Shown here piece by piece: positions 38,452-51,030 of a stretch of 64,000 nt of DNA (position 1 is the first letter of the stretch; every line of letters begins with the position of its first letter). Below the pieces are notes generated by a model that had not been told where the DNA came from, searched no databases, and saw only the letters and a list, made by a program, of their open reading frames with translations. Origin of the DNA: Haliotis rufescens (lineage: Eukaryota); NCBI RefSeq assembly GCF_023055435.1, contig NW_025963813.1, positions 12,524,001-12,588,000 of the forward strand, given 5' to 3'. The position numbers were made by a program, and so were the translations under genes.

Positions 38452-38680
38452 TTCCGTGATGATCCGGGTTAGAATAGGTCTTCAGCAACTCATGCTTGCT
38501 GTAAAACCCCGAGTGTGCTTGTCTTAAGGGGCGACAAACGGGTGATCAGGCTCGCTGACTTGGTTAATGCATGCCATCGTACCCCAGTGTTGGGTAAATC
38601 GATGCTCATGATGTCAATCACCTGATATTCTGGTCCAGACTCGATTATTTACAGACTGCCGCTGGAATATTGCAAACAAA
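38452..38680 (+). mobile_element. Family C copy (a further copy lies on the minus strand at 43385-43590)
   Basis: Match to the family consensus. Confidence 0.8.
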
Positions 38681-41284
38681 GATATTCCTCTAACTTCGAA
38701 ACACTGAGATCAGTGGTTGAAAGTCAGGAAATCTATGGATGCGTTGTCTCCCTTTGACCGAACAAGCTCCTTCACAGGGCGAAAAACTTTCCTTTCACTT
38801 CTGATATCATCGCCTCCACAAAGGGTGAGGGGGTGTCAGTCGTTTGAGGTAGTACATAAATCTATCCGTGGTCGAAACGTATCTTGATGAAGAAACTCTA
38901 AGACATAATGCTTCTTATAAACTGCATATTCTCCTCCGTTATCTATCCTTGCTTTGTCAGCACAGTTCGGTGAAGGGAAAAATTAATGTATGTGATTTTA
39001 TTGTATAAAAAGATTAATATCACAAATCTGAATTGATGATATCATGAAATAATTATTGATATTTAATAAAAAATTATTGATATCATTAAAAATTATTGAT
39101 GTCATTCATTAGAATTTTAGATAGATCCATCATAAAATTATTTGTAATATCTAAAAATGTATTTCATATTACGAAAACCATAAGTATTTTTTTTTTAAAT
39201 TCAATTTTGTTATATCAATATTTCAATTTTTGATATATAAAAATCGAATTTGAGATATAAATTGTTCATTTTGTGATATAAATTAATAGTGAAGTTTTAT
39301 ATCAATAAGTTGAATTTGTGATGTGATTAATTAATTCCGTTTTCCACCATAACTGCTCCCTTGACCTGACGTCGATCTTTACGAATATTCACTGCTGCAC
39401 TGAATATCCCCTTTGTGTGAAGGTGTCGAGTCTGAACGGGGAATACCACCCCTCCCACCCCCACCAATATAAAACACCCCCACCAATACAAAACACCCCC
39501 ACCAATACAAAACACCCCCACCAATACAAAACACCCCCATCTCCACCTGCAAACAGAACAAAAAACAAACAAGAAACAACCCACACCAAACCAAAGATTA
39601 AATGTTAGAAACCATGTTAAATGAATTTTGATTCCAACAAAGGCGCTTCTTGACCTTGGTGTTTTGTGGGGACATTCTTTCGTTGCAATTGGACGACACA
39701 AACTACGCTGGAGATACAAGTCTTTTGTTCTGATTTCAATAACTACATTTGCTTGATGCACATTTATACATCGGGAAAATTTAGTCCGCTCATTGTATCG
39801 AAAAAGAAATGTTGCAGAGTATCAAAGTAGATCCAAGAGTGAATGAAATGACAATTTGACGAATTTGCCACCTTTCCTGCAAAGCTCTAAAGAGTGGAAC
39901 TCTGACCTGACAGTTCTATTGATGGTTCGCCAAGCCGAGCAACAGACCTGGGACGATATTCTTTAGGGGAAATCGTATGCAGTTGCATATGTTGTCATAT
40001 TGTATTAAACACCAAATAGTCGAACGAAAAATCAAATTCTGCTTTGAATTATTGACAGGATACGTTAACAATACAATATCAGGTTTGCTAAACGTATTTA
40101 TTTGAACCGACATGAATAAATGTTCGTCTTTAGGAGTAATGCAGTAAGTACTGTGTCCTGTGAAATCGTGGAAATACGTGTCATTTCGCGGGACTAGCAC
40201 ATTTAGAGGTTACGGAATGGGCCAGAGGTTTCGATTGTGGCAAAGAGGTAGACATATCAATCAGGATACTTCAGGCTGCACTACGAATGGGTTTGCTTCA
40301 GGTTTGTGTTAAGGAATAGTCAGAACTCACTGTAGTTATTAAACATTTTCAAGTACATATAGTCTACAAGTATTGGTTATATGTCTGCGAATGAAGAAGG
40401 ATGACCAAAAGGAATATGATTTGGCCTGATTTCCGTTAGAAACGCAAAGTATTTAATGTTATAATATTTTTTTATTTCTGGTGGAAATAGGGTTAAATAA
40501 TGGTTCAGTTTCGTTCATAAATATACTGTTTTACAGCTGATAATATGGTGTATAAGGGATTTAATATTTTTACCTTACGAAATTATGTTTTCATTGGTAA
40601 ATGTAGCAGTCTTATATATTTCCAAGCCAACTGACCAATCTACTTAATTACATGTACATAAGCACATCAACCGAGCTCCCGTGTAATACCAATTTTATGA
40701 AACGAGTGAATAGTTCTGGTATCTGACGAGCGAAATTGGTTTTACACGGGAGCGAGTTTAGTATTTTATTTATTACTTGCCATTTATAACGGTTTTAGAA
40801 TTATACTGTGGAGTGTGAATAGGCTGACACATACACGGTCCACGGCATAGTCCAATTGAGTTTAACAGAATAATACTTCAAACACGTCAAAAATTGAAAC
40901 GTATGAATTTAATACCATACAACGGTCCACCTTTAGAATTCACAAAATTATCGTAGGACTAACGACTGTCGTCGCGCTACAATACGATCGCTTTGTGGAA
41001 CGGGCCTTGCACCTCAAAGTTCACAATAACGTCACAATACCCGATGACGTAATTTGTGGACTTTTGTTGCAAGAACATCGGCGAAACAGTGCCATGTGAC
41101 GTCAGCCTAGCAACAAGGTTGCTGGGGTCATCGAGTGTGCTCCTCTCAGTGATCTATCAACTCAACACGCAATGTCGTTGAATAAGCCAAGGGATGTTGA
41201 GAGCTTTCAATATTTGTTTTGGTATTACACAATGTGTAATACAGCTGTATGTTTATTAAACGGGTGATCTCTTCACGGGCAAGT

Positions 41285-41446
41285 AATAAATAGAGAATCT
41301 CACCCGAGTGTCTTTTGATATCAAATATATCAACACGATTTGATAAAAGTGGAAAAATTCCGAGGCTTGCCGAGGATTTTTGACACTTTTATCAACGAGT
41401 GTTGATATATTTGATATCAAAGACACGAGGGTGAGATTTTATTTAT
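41285..41446. repeat. Foldback palindrome (~70-bp arms); a related hairpin lies at 40669-40758 and an inverted repeat TTTATTACTTGCC spans 40769-41290
   Basis: AATCTCACCC..GTGTCTTT.GATATCAAATATATCAACAC..TTGATAAAAGTG is mirrored around GAGGCTTGCCGAG. Confidence 0.85.
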
Positions 41447-41895
41447 CATCCAACATCATTCTTCCAACTTTTTCAATTTGTAGACAGTAATTAGCAGTGT
41501 TTTCAGTGTAAAAAGTACTGCTAACCGCTTCAGTAGCAGAGCCATTAGTGATGTCATTTGATTGTGACGTCATGGTAACAGGTGACGTCACAATGGTCTG
41601 CAAAGCATTGTGATGTAATTTCATTGCAGCGATATCTACAGTGTAGATATCGCTTGATCTAATCCAAGCGATATCTCCTGTGGGAGCCAGTTTGGGATGA
41701 TAAAACTATTTCAATTCCAATAATGCAAAATGAACAAGGGCTGGAATCTTCACATCCGGTTTTGTACAGGAAGTTGTTTGTTTTGAGGATATTAGAATGA
41801 CTTTGAACTGGAGCCACTTCATACTTGTACTCTGTGTACACCAATAGTTGCCATTAGATACAAATGCTCCAATTCTTTATCTTCATGCTTGTGAA

Positions 41896-42186
41896 GGGGG
41901 CACGGGTGGCCCAGTCGTCTAGGGCGCCGCAATTTGCTGTGCAGAGTTGCGTCCCTTAGACACACCAGAAACCTATGATTGTGGGTTCGAATCCCGGTTC
42001 GCCCCGATTATGTTTCTAGGTTTGTCAGCACCATACCCGTGCCCATGGGTTTCACCAAAGTGGTTAACGTCTGAGATCTGCCTCACTTCGGGCTTTCCTC
42101 CTACATTAAACTGAAGCACCACAATATAACTGGAATACTGTTAAAAGCGGGCGTTAAACCCAACTCACTCACTCACTCACTCACTC
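41896..42186 (+). mobile_element. SINE family B (tRNA-Leu-like head, ~280 bp)
   Basis: GGTGGCCCAGTCGTCTA..GGCGCC ... GTGGGTTCGAATCCC, shared tail plus (ACTC)n; TSD CATGCTTGTGAA. Confidence 0.9.
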
Positions 42187-44298
42187 ATGCTTGTGAAATA
42201 CATTTTTCCATTTATCATGACTGTGTGTTCTTGTGATCTGATAAGTCTCATAAAATATTTTCCTACTTTTTACGTGTTTTTTTTCATGATAGCGACGTCA
42301 AATGATTGAAAGGGCATAGGACATGTTACTTATAAAGTAGTCCTCACTTTTGACAATATGTAAGAACGACATGCCTAATGCCCTGAAATGTGATGAAATC
42401 TGTTTAATACTTCATTAAAAAATATGATTCATCAAAATCAGTCTGTTCCATTTTCTTGCAGTGTACCAGTAATAAAATTTATTCCTACACCTACATTATA
42501 ACAACCTTACCTACAATATTACTGTTATCCCACAACGATTGTGAAATGATCTCCTCACTACCTACCTGTACAGCGGTACAAACTAACAGTGTTAGTCCAC
42601 TAGTCCTCATGAAGATAACATACAGCAAAACCCTTAGAAAGGGCAAATTTCTACTAGTCAAATGATACAATAGTAAATTGCGCATTTTGGCAAGGACTAT
42701 AGGACTAGTCCCTTTTTCTAATGCTGCTGTATATAATAATTATTCAAGTATAATGACCATGTTTTCAGTACATCCTTCCAAAAAGCATTTGAAACAGTTA
42801 GAATAACAATATCATTATCATTAACACCATATTTTCTAATAAAGTCTATAACGGCATTTTATGAAAGATTTGTTTAAACAAAATATGTTTTTCATGTCTT
42901 TCTGGTGCAAGGGAGACAACTCCAAGGGATGCAACGGGGAATAAGTCCCACCGGTGTGGTTTTGTTTTGTCACTAAGGGGCGCTGGCTGGTGCCATGTGC
43001 TTTGGATCGTTCGCCATGTATTTTCCCTCCCCCCTCTTACCACGGGGAGAACATACATTGTCATTTTTTCGTTATTGTAATAACTAGTTAATGACCATTT
43101 CAGCCACTCACCAGCTTTGTGGGTTTTCTGTCATACGGTTATGTAATGGTAGTTCTAACTATTAGTTTTTGAAGTTTAACATTATCATGAGGGCTCGCAG
43201 ATTTCATTTCCATGGGGTACCAATCTAGCTAAAATTATTTTCAGTTGCGTAATATGTTTGTGACCGGATGTATTTAAGACATCTTGAAAACATCACGTGA
43301 CAGTTTACGTTTCACATGCATGGCGACATTAACAGCAGACTATCCTTGTCTATTTTAGGAGAATATGCTGTTATCAATTATGATTTGTTTGTTTGTCTTT
43401 TAACGCCAAACTCAGCAATATTACAGCTATATGACGGCAGTCTGTAATTAATCGGCTCCGTATCAGACAATTCAGTGATTGACACCATGAGAATCAATCT
43501 ACGCAGTTTTGATGCATGACATGCATTAACTAAATCAGCAAGTCTGACCATCCGATTCCGTTAGTCGCCTCTCACAAGCATGGATTGCTGAGGGACAGCG
43601 TACTTTTCATTCTATTCAAACGACTATTCAATGCCATTCAAGAATTCGCTTTTTAAATATCACAAAATACTTTATTGATATCCCAATTCGAATTATAGAT
43701 ATAAAATGATTGATTGAAATCACAAGTTCGATTTCAGAATTGTATAAAATGATTATTGATATCAATAATTCGAATTTCAGATGTCATAGAATTTACAATT
43801 TATAGATTGAAGACAAGGAATGTATGGAATCTAACATTATCAGAATGTCATATCAAGCATAATTAAACAGCATAAAGTCTTTAAGTCTGAACGTGTATTT
43901 TCAACAATTCACCATCCCCAAATCAATATATCCAATGTGCTTTATGCGTGATAAGCATGTCAGACAATATATTAACTTCGATATGACTTAAGGGAGAAGT
44001 CTTTTTTCATGAGCCTTGACGTGAATTATTGATATCACTAATTCTATTATTTATATCATAATTTATACATTTCGAATTTGTGATATCTAAAATTAATTTA
44101 GTGATTTAAAAAAATCGGATTTGCGATATGACATTTTCATTTTATAAGACCAATAAGATTTCGTGATATCTGAATCAACATTGAATTTGTGATATCAATA
44201 AATGAATAATTGATAACATATAATAGGGAATAATTGTATACGGCGCCTCATATAATGACCTGCATCACTTCCGGCTTTTCTTTCACTTTAATACTATT

Positions 44299-44563
44299 GA
44301 CTCGTGAAGATCCGGGTCTAAGTAGGTCTTCAGCAACCCATGCTTGCTGTAAAAAGCGACTACGCTTGTCGTAGGAGGCGACTAATGAGATCGGGTGGTC
44401 AGACTCGGTGATTTGGTAAGTGCATATCATCGTATCCCAATTGCGTAGATCAATGCACATGATGTCAATCACTGGATTGCCTGGTCCAGACTCGATTATT
44501 TACAGACCGCTATTATTTAGTTTGAATATTGCTGAGTGTCGTACTAAAGAACAAAGAAACAAA
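44299..44563 (+). mobile_element. Family C, full length
   Basis: Match; TSD TAATACT(A/C)TT. Confidence 0.87.
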
Positions 44564-45615
44564 TAATACTCTTCAATGACTAAAGCTTAGTTGCACGATT
44601 CATCAACACTGACTACTGTAATCAACAACGGTACAAACTTCATGGGAATTACAGGTAAAAACAGTTCTGGCAGATAAAAAACGAGGAGGCAGCAAGAAGA
44701 CGCCAGTCTGTGACGTGGCCCAGGAAGATACAGGACAAGGAGGGAAGAAAAGGACGAGGCGGGAGGAAGACGCCAGTCTGTGACCTTGGCGTGCCTCATG
44801 GCGATACAAGACAAAGGAGGGAAATAGAGGAAGACGTCAGTCAACGTCAAACAGTGTCGTTATTGACTCTGTTGTATCCAAGCATTGCCTTTGTTAATGA
44901 ACAGCTTGTTCCGAAATATGCCCTAATTGAATAGTTTGTTCGCAGTGGTCTGACAATGAATAGTTTATTTAGTGGAAAAACGTCAGAACTACCAAATGTC
45001 AATTTATGCGTGTTTTTTTGTGAAACGTAACAGATTGTTTGATGGAGCCCAGTAAATATACAGTTTGTTGTTCCTTAATGATATCCATTGTCCTATAATA
45101 TCATCCATGTGAACCTGACTGTTGGATTTCTCAATGCTTTGTATCATCTCATGAGATGTCCCCAGTGTGCCCTGTATTTGAAAGTCTTCATTAAAGTTCA
45201 ACTCAATCTGGGATACTTGCGTTCCTACCTTCTTCCATCTTCCCGAGGCAAGGGAGTTAACTGACTATAAATGTCCTGTGGAGTGCAACTGACGGCGCAT
45301 ATCCTTGACGCATCATCCCACATGCCTTTCATCAACAACAGCAAGGAAGACGCAGCACCCAACACCAACGGCTACACTGACACCTGCAATCATTGCTTCT
45401 GTCTTCTCGTATTGCTTCCGTGTAAATGTCTGGACCTTTTAAGGTCAGCTGGATGTTAACACACACAGAGTGAGCATTTAAGATACTTCCAAATATCGAT
45501 TGATACTTATTTACTGTACTGTATCTTCAGAAGCCCTCCAGTCAACTGCTTCCCCAGATTCTCTCAACTGTGTCCTCAAATTCTCTTCACTCTCAACGTT
45601 GTCAGTTCACAATAA

Positions 45616-45880
45616 GACCTGTGAACATCCGGGGTAGAATAGGTCTTCAGCAACCCATGCTTGCGGTAAAAGGTGACTATGCTTATCGTACAAGGCGACT
45701 AACGGGATCGGGTGGTCAGGCTCGCTGACTTGGTTGATGCATTTCATGGATCCCAATTGCCTGGATCGATGCTCATGATATTAATCACTGGATTGTCTGG
45801 TCCAGACTCGATTATTTACAGACCGCCATTATATAGCTGGAATATTGCTGAGTGCGGCGTTAAACAACAAACCAACCAAC
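45616..45880 (+). mobile_element. Family C, full length (truncated copy at ~45985-46130; single-hairpin variant at 46292-46538)
   Basis: Match; TSD CAGTTCACAATA. Confidence 0.9.
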
Positions 45881-46945
45881 CAGTTCACAATACATTTTGA
45901 CTCGACAGTCAGATCTTGACGCGACCTCTTACGAAGGATTTGTCGGTACAAAGAGATATAAATGGTCGGTCCTTGAAAACTCAAGGCTCACTGACTTGGT
46001 TGCTGCATGTCATTGTATTCCGGTTGCGTAGATCGATTCTCATGACGTCAATCACTGGATTATCTCGTCCAGCCTCGATTATTTACTGACCGTCGTCATA
46101 TAGCTGGGATATTGCTCAGAACGGCGCTCAGCCACGTCAAGGTCTTAGGCTGGCGTCTTCCTCTTCTCTGATAGTCCTGTAGTTTTCAAAGCAGCATGTC
46201 TGATTTCTATATCTCAAAAACGAATATAAACGGTCGGTTCCGAATGGAAATGATAAATGCTATCGTATTCTTATGGTGTCTGAGCGTTATGGTCACGTGA
46301 AGATCCGGATTAGAATTGGTCTTCAGTTGCCCATGCTTGTCGTAAGAGGCGATTAACGGGATCAGGTGGTCAGGCTCGCTGACTTGGCTGATGCATGTCA
46401 TCGTTTCCCAATTGTGCGGATCGATGTACATGATGTCAATCACTGAACTGTCTGGCCCAGACACGATTATTTACAGACCACTGTCATATTACTGGTTTAT
46501 TGCTGAGTGCGGCGTTCAATAACAAACAAGCGAACAAACTGAGTGTTATGGCTTCCATGTCTCAAAGGGTGTACCATGGAAGGGATATCTGCGTTCTTTG
46601 GATTATATTTTGTCAAGATCGAGATTTACCTCGCTTGTCCAGAGTTGACATTTTTGTAGACCTCGAATGTTGCTGAAAACACAATCAAATATATATCCCA
46701 GTAGTGCTTTTCACTCTTCCAAATGCATTTTCGATATTTGTAGTTTTTAAAACCGTTTAACTATGTAAGGGATGTTCAACTGTTATCATTTTGAAACGTA
46801 TGAATCAAATATTCTCGAGGGCCTTTCTCTTTGAAGACGTTTAGCATTCGTTAATTTTTTCACAAAGACAAGAACAGTTATCCATGACATATATTTTGTT
46901 ACATGTATATCTTCAACAGTTTCATATTCTTTGTTTATATCTGAT

Positions 46946-47219
46946 GGTTGGTTCGTTGGTTTGTTTATTGTTTAACGCCGCACTCAGCAATATTCCAGCT
47001 ATATGACGGCGGTCTGTAAATAATCGAGTCTGGACCAGACAATCCACTGATTAATATCATGAGCATCGATCCACGCAATTGGGATCGATGACATGCATCA
47101 ACCAAGTCAGCGAGCCTGACCAACCGATCCCGTTAGTCGCCTTTTACGACAAGCATAGTCGCCTTTTACGGCAAGCATGGGTTGCTGAAGATCTATTCTA
47201 CCCCGGGTCTTCACGGGTC
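46946..47219 (-). mobile_element. Family C, full length
   Basis: Match; TSD TTATATCTGATG. Other fragments lie at ~18790-18980, 52975-53145, 55090-55310 and 56400-56530. Confidence 0.9.
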
Positions 47220-48086
47220 TTATATCTGATGTGAATCGACTTGTGTGTATGTCATCATGCGCTCTCCACCTACTGGTTTATCGTGTAATAATCTTGATGT
47301 GTATAATTATCATTACTCATCCATAGGTTATTATCGTCACAGTAAGTATCCCCCTTTTCCTGTCGATGTGTGGTAATTGCCCACTTCATCATTGAGAAGC
47401 ACGCACTGAACTTGACTTGAAAACGATCCCTCCGTATCAGATTGTACGCATGCTCACCCATGTGACCTAACTGTCATTGTTCTTCCGGCGTCATTCCCAA
47501 TCTCAATAGAGTGCGACAATGGAGAAGAACACTCTCACGTCTACAGGTAATGCCTGTATTCGACATGACACCTTGTGCATCAATATACTTTCATTTCTTT
47601 CAGTGCTTTTCTCAGAATCTGCACTGGGTGGAAGTGTGGCAATGCCACAAAACGCACGTAGCGCGTTATGCTCTCGAATTGCGACAAGCAGAAACAGGGT
47701 ATGTGATCACATAACCCATTGGACTGTAACATATTTATGGTGCGTATACATGGGGACGCGTTATCTCGTAATTTTGAGGGAGACAATGGTCCACGGCTAT
47801 TTCCAGTCCAGATAGTGCTGTGTGTGAAGCTGGCACATTGTCTGTGTGTGAGCGAGTACTGTCTGTTTAGAGCCTGTTCCTGGTGTGCCCCAACACCTCC
47901 CCGACCTGGCACGATAACAATAAACGTTCTAGAATAAACGGAGTGAAAGTTAATACCTTTGTTCTGTGAGATACTCTATTCAAAGCAAATACTCAGTCTG
48001 GATGTACCCAAGGCAGTACCCTGTGTGTAACAAAAAAGATGTCTTAATAATACACGAATTAACATCATTAGTATATTGAACTTCAG

Positions 48087-48199
48087 AGAGAGAATTTATG
48101 GAGGGCAACTTCTTTGAGAAACACAACGTTTCGGAGTATGTACTCCTTCATCAGATGGATGTTCCCCAAGAAAGAAGTTGACATCCATAAATTCTCTCT
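48087..48199 (-). mobile_element. Penelope-like terminal remnant with hammerhead-like core between inverted repeats; half copy at 12127-12195
   Basis: Minus strand reads CTGATGA-A-GGAGT-ACAT-ACTCC-GAAACGTTG, flanked by ~29-bp inverted repeats. Confidence 0.55.
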
Positions 48200-49022
48200 T
48201 ATTTGTATAAATTCTAACTGACACTCATTGACTTAAATTGAACTTAATAATACAATCTGGAGAGACAAGTTATGCTTGAAATGCCGACTGACGTCACGTA
48301 TGACCTAGACTGGCTCATCTTTAAGACGCCCAACCCGTGTATTTAGAAGCATGGATTACAATATCAATAACAAGACAACTTGACCACTGTTGTTAACGTA
48401 TACACGTACACAGACTGGTATATTCAGTGAAACCCTGTTCGTCCAGGAACCTGACAAATCGAAAACCCTGTTTATCCGGAAACTTGACATTCCGGACGAT
48501 TCCTGTTAAGAACGTGTGTATAGTTATTACAAATTACCATATACCAATGATTCGATCCTCCGGAAATTAGTTCGTATTTACGATTTTGTTCTAACCGAAA
48601 CCGCCAGATTAATCCCACTGATTTGGTGTATACGCTATTTACCGCGAACAAATGCACAACGTTATATTGTGTGTTGCTAGACTGTACGTGATATCAGTGA
48701 GTGAATGTTGTGCTGGGTCGGACAAAGCAGTGCTTGACAGCATGAGCAATGATACTCGCCGTCGGGGAACTGTAACACGAGGTCACACATTAAACAACCC
48801 GATCTTCACTCGTGGAAGTATAGGTTCTGGAGGCGTACTGTGCCCCGGTAACCGCGAATGCTTAGTTATAACCTGTAACACACATCAACTAAATAGTTGT
48901 CAAACGTAAAATGCGCAACTGACACATTTCATGATTATTGACGTCATAAGCTCTACCTAACCAAGAAGCATTGAACGTTTCTTTCTTCTTAATGCATTTT
49001 GCATGGAATCTCTCAAATTGAA

Positions 49023-49311
49023 GGGGGCATGGGTGGCCCAGTCGTCTAAGGCGCCGCGATTCGCTGTGCAGAGTTGCGTCCATTGGGCACGCCAGAAATC
49101 TATGTTTGTGTGTTCGAATCCCGGTTCGGCCCTATTATGTTTCTAGGTTTGTCAGCACCATACCCGTGCTCGTGGGTTTCACCGAAGTGGTAAACGTCCG
49201 AGACCTGTATCACTTTGGGCTTTCCTCCCACATTAAGCTGACAAGCCGTGATATAACTGGAATACTGTTAAAAGCGGCGTTGAACCCAACTCACTCACTC
49301 ACTCACTCACT
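49023..49311 (+). mobile_element. SINE family B
   Basis: Full-length match; TSD AAATTGAA. Confidence 0.9.
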
Positions 49312-49673
49312 TAAATTGAAATAGATGCCCATAAGAACACTGAAATGAAATATGGTTATAAACCTATTCGAAATATACCGAAGCAAAATGTAACTTAACA
49401 ATATCGGCAGAGTCAGCACTGTGATCCAATATCGACTCTCCGCTTGTCTCGAAATACGGATAAATCGATGTGTTCTTGAATGAACATATATAGATATATA
49501 TTCAAGAAAGAACAATGACGGGGGATGGATAGAACGTATGTTCCCAAAGTTATTCAAAACCTTTATTTCCGTAACTGCGACATATTTTGATTCAATGATT
49601 CACTTGGGTGTGCATCAGCATTGTGAAACAGTTTTATTGTTTATCTGAATGTATAATTTTAGGAAGTAGATTC

Positions 49674-49835
49674 GTGAGTGAGTATGATTTTACGCCGCTT
49701 TTAGAAATTTTCCAGCAATAATACGGCAGGGGACACAAGAAATGGTCTTCACACATTGTACCCATGTCGGGAATGGAACCCGGGTCTTCGGCGTGACGAG
49801 CGAACGCTTTCACCACTAGGCTACCCGACCGACCC
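49674..49835 (-). mobile_element. SINE family A
   Basis: Full-length match; TSD GATTCGTGA. Confidence 0.88.
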
Positions 49836-50164
49836 TGATTCGTGACAAAGCCGGTGTGATTAAATGCTCAGTAAAACACACCTGCATTTTAACTCGTGTT
49901 GCTTATCTCGTGTGGAAACGTTTGAGGACCAGTAATTGTCAACAAAGGCTAAAGTCTTTATTTCCTCTCTTGACAAACAATGTGCGACATACCTTAATCC
50001 CGATCAAGGCCTGACCGCAAGACGTGAAGACAGATATCCCATTAAGTGTAATCGGGCGTCAGGCCACACTTCTCATTGAACCGGCCAGTCACGATGACAG
50101 TGTACCTGAAGCACTGCTGTTGGTGATTACATTCGCCCCCAACACCCCCACCCCCCACAGACAC

Positions 50165-50986
50165 CCTCTCCTTTCTCTTCTCTGTATGCTTTCCCTTTCT
50201 CCCCGTCTGACTTACTCCCTCTTTCTCTCCTGACTCTCTCCAATCTATCACCTCTTTCTCTCCTGACTCTCTCCGTCTGACTCCCTGCTCTCTTTCTCTC
50301 CTCCTGACTCCCATCTTTCACTCCTTCCGAATCTTTCTCCTCATTCCATCCTTTTGACTCTCTCCCCTCTTCGCTCCCGCCTCTCTCCCCTCTTTCTCTC
50401 CTCCCGTCTTTCTCCCCGTCTGACTCTCTGCTCTCTTTCTCTCCTGACTAACCCCTCTTTCTCTCCTGACTCTCTCGTATTTCTCTCCACACGTCTTTCT
50501 CCCCGTCTGACTCTCTCTCCTCGGTCTGACTCCCCTCTTCGCTCCTGACTCTCTCCCCTCTTCGCTCCTGACTCTCTCACCTCTTTCCCTCCGATTCTGA
50601 CCCTCTTTCTCTCTTCCCGCCGTTCTCCCCGTCTGACTCTCTGCTCTCTTTCTTTCCGTCAGACTCTCCCCCCTTCGCTCCTGGACCTCCCCCTTCTTCG
50701 CACCTGGTTCTCTCCCTCATTCACGCCACCCGACTCTTTCCCCTCTTTCTCTCCTTCTGACTCTCTGCCCGCTTTCTCTTCTGACTACCTCCCTTCTTTC
50801 TCTCCTGATCCTCTTCCCTCTTTCACTCCATTCCACTCTCCCCTCATTCTCTCCTGACTCTCCGCTTTCAATTCACTCTCCCCTCTTTCACTCCTTTCGA
50901 TGCCCGATTCAGAGCGAACGGCACACATATAGAGACACAGAGAGAGAGAGAGAGAGTTAGACGGTCAGTAGAAGAGAGGGAGGGAG

Positions 50987-51017
<31 letters not shown>

Positions 51018-51030
51018 ATCAGAAAGAGGG
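50165..51030. repeat. Polypyrimidine low-complexity tract (CTGACTCTCTC-like) followed by (GA)n
   Basis: Direct inspection. Other simple repeats: poly-C/(CA)n 1131-1189, 19-bp x4 at ~39460-39540, (GT)n 52845-52897. Confidence 0.9.

Noticed and set aside
45616-45710. Canonical HDV-like, twister or pistol ribozyme in the family-C head
   Set aside because: I could not place the required core elements (e.g. HDV P3/L3 and P1.1); kept only as an unclassified structured-RNA candidate.
47725-48032. Solo LTR (TGTAACA...TGTAACA with AATAAA)
   Set aside because: No target-site duplication and no second copy in the window; possible but unsupported.
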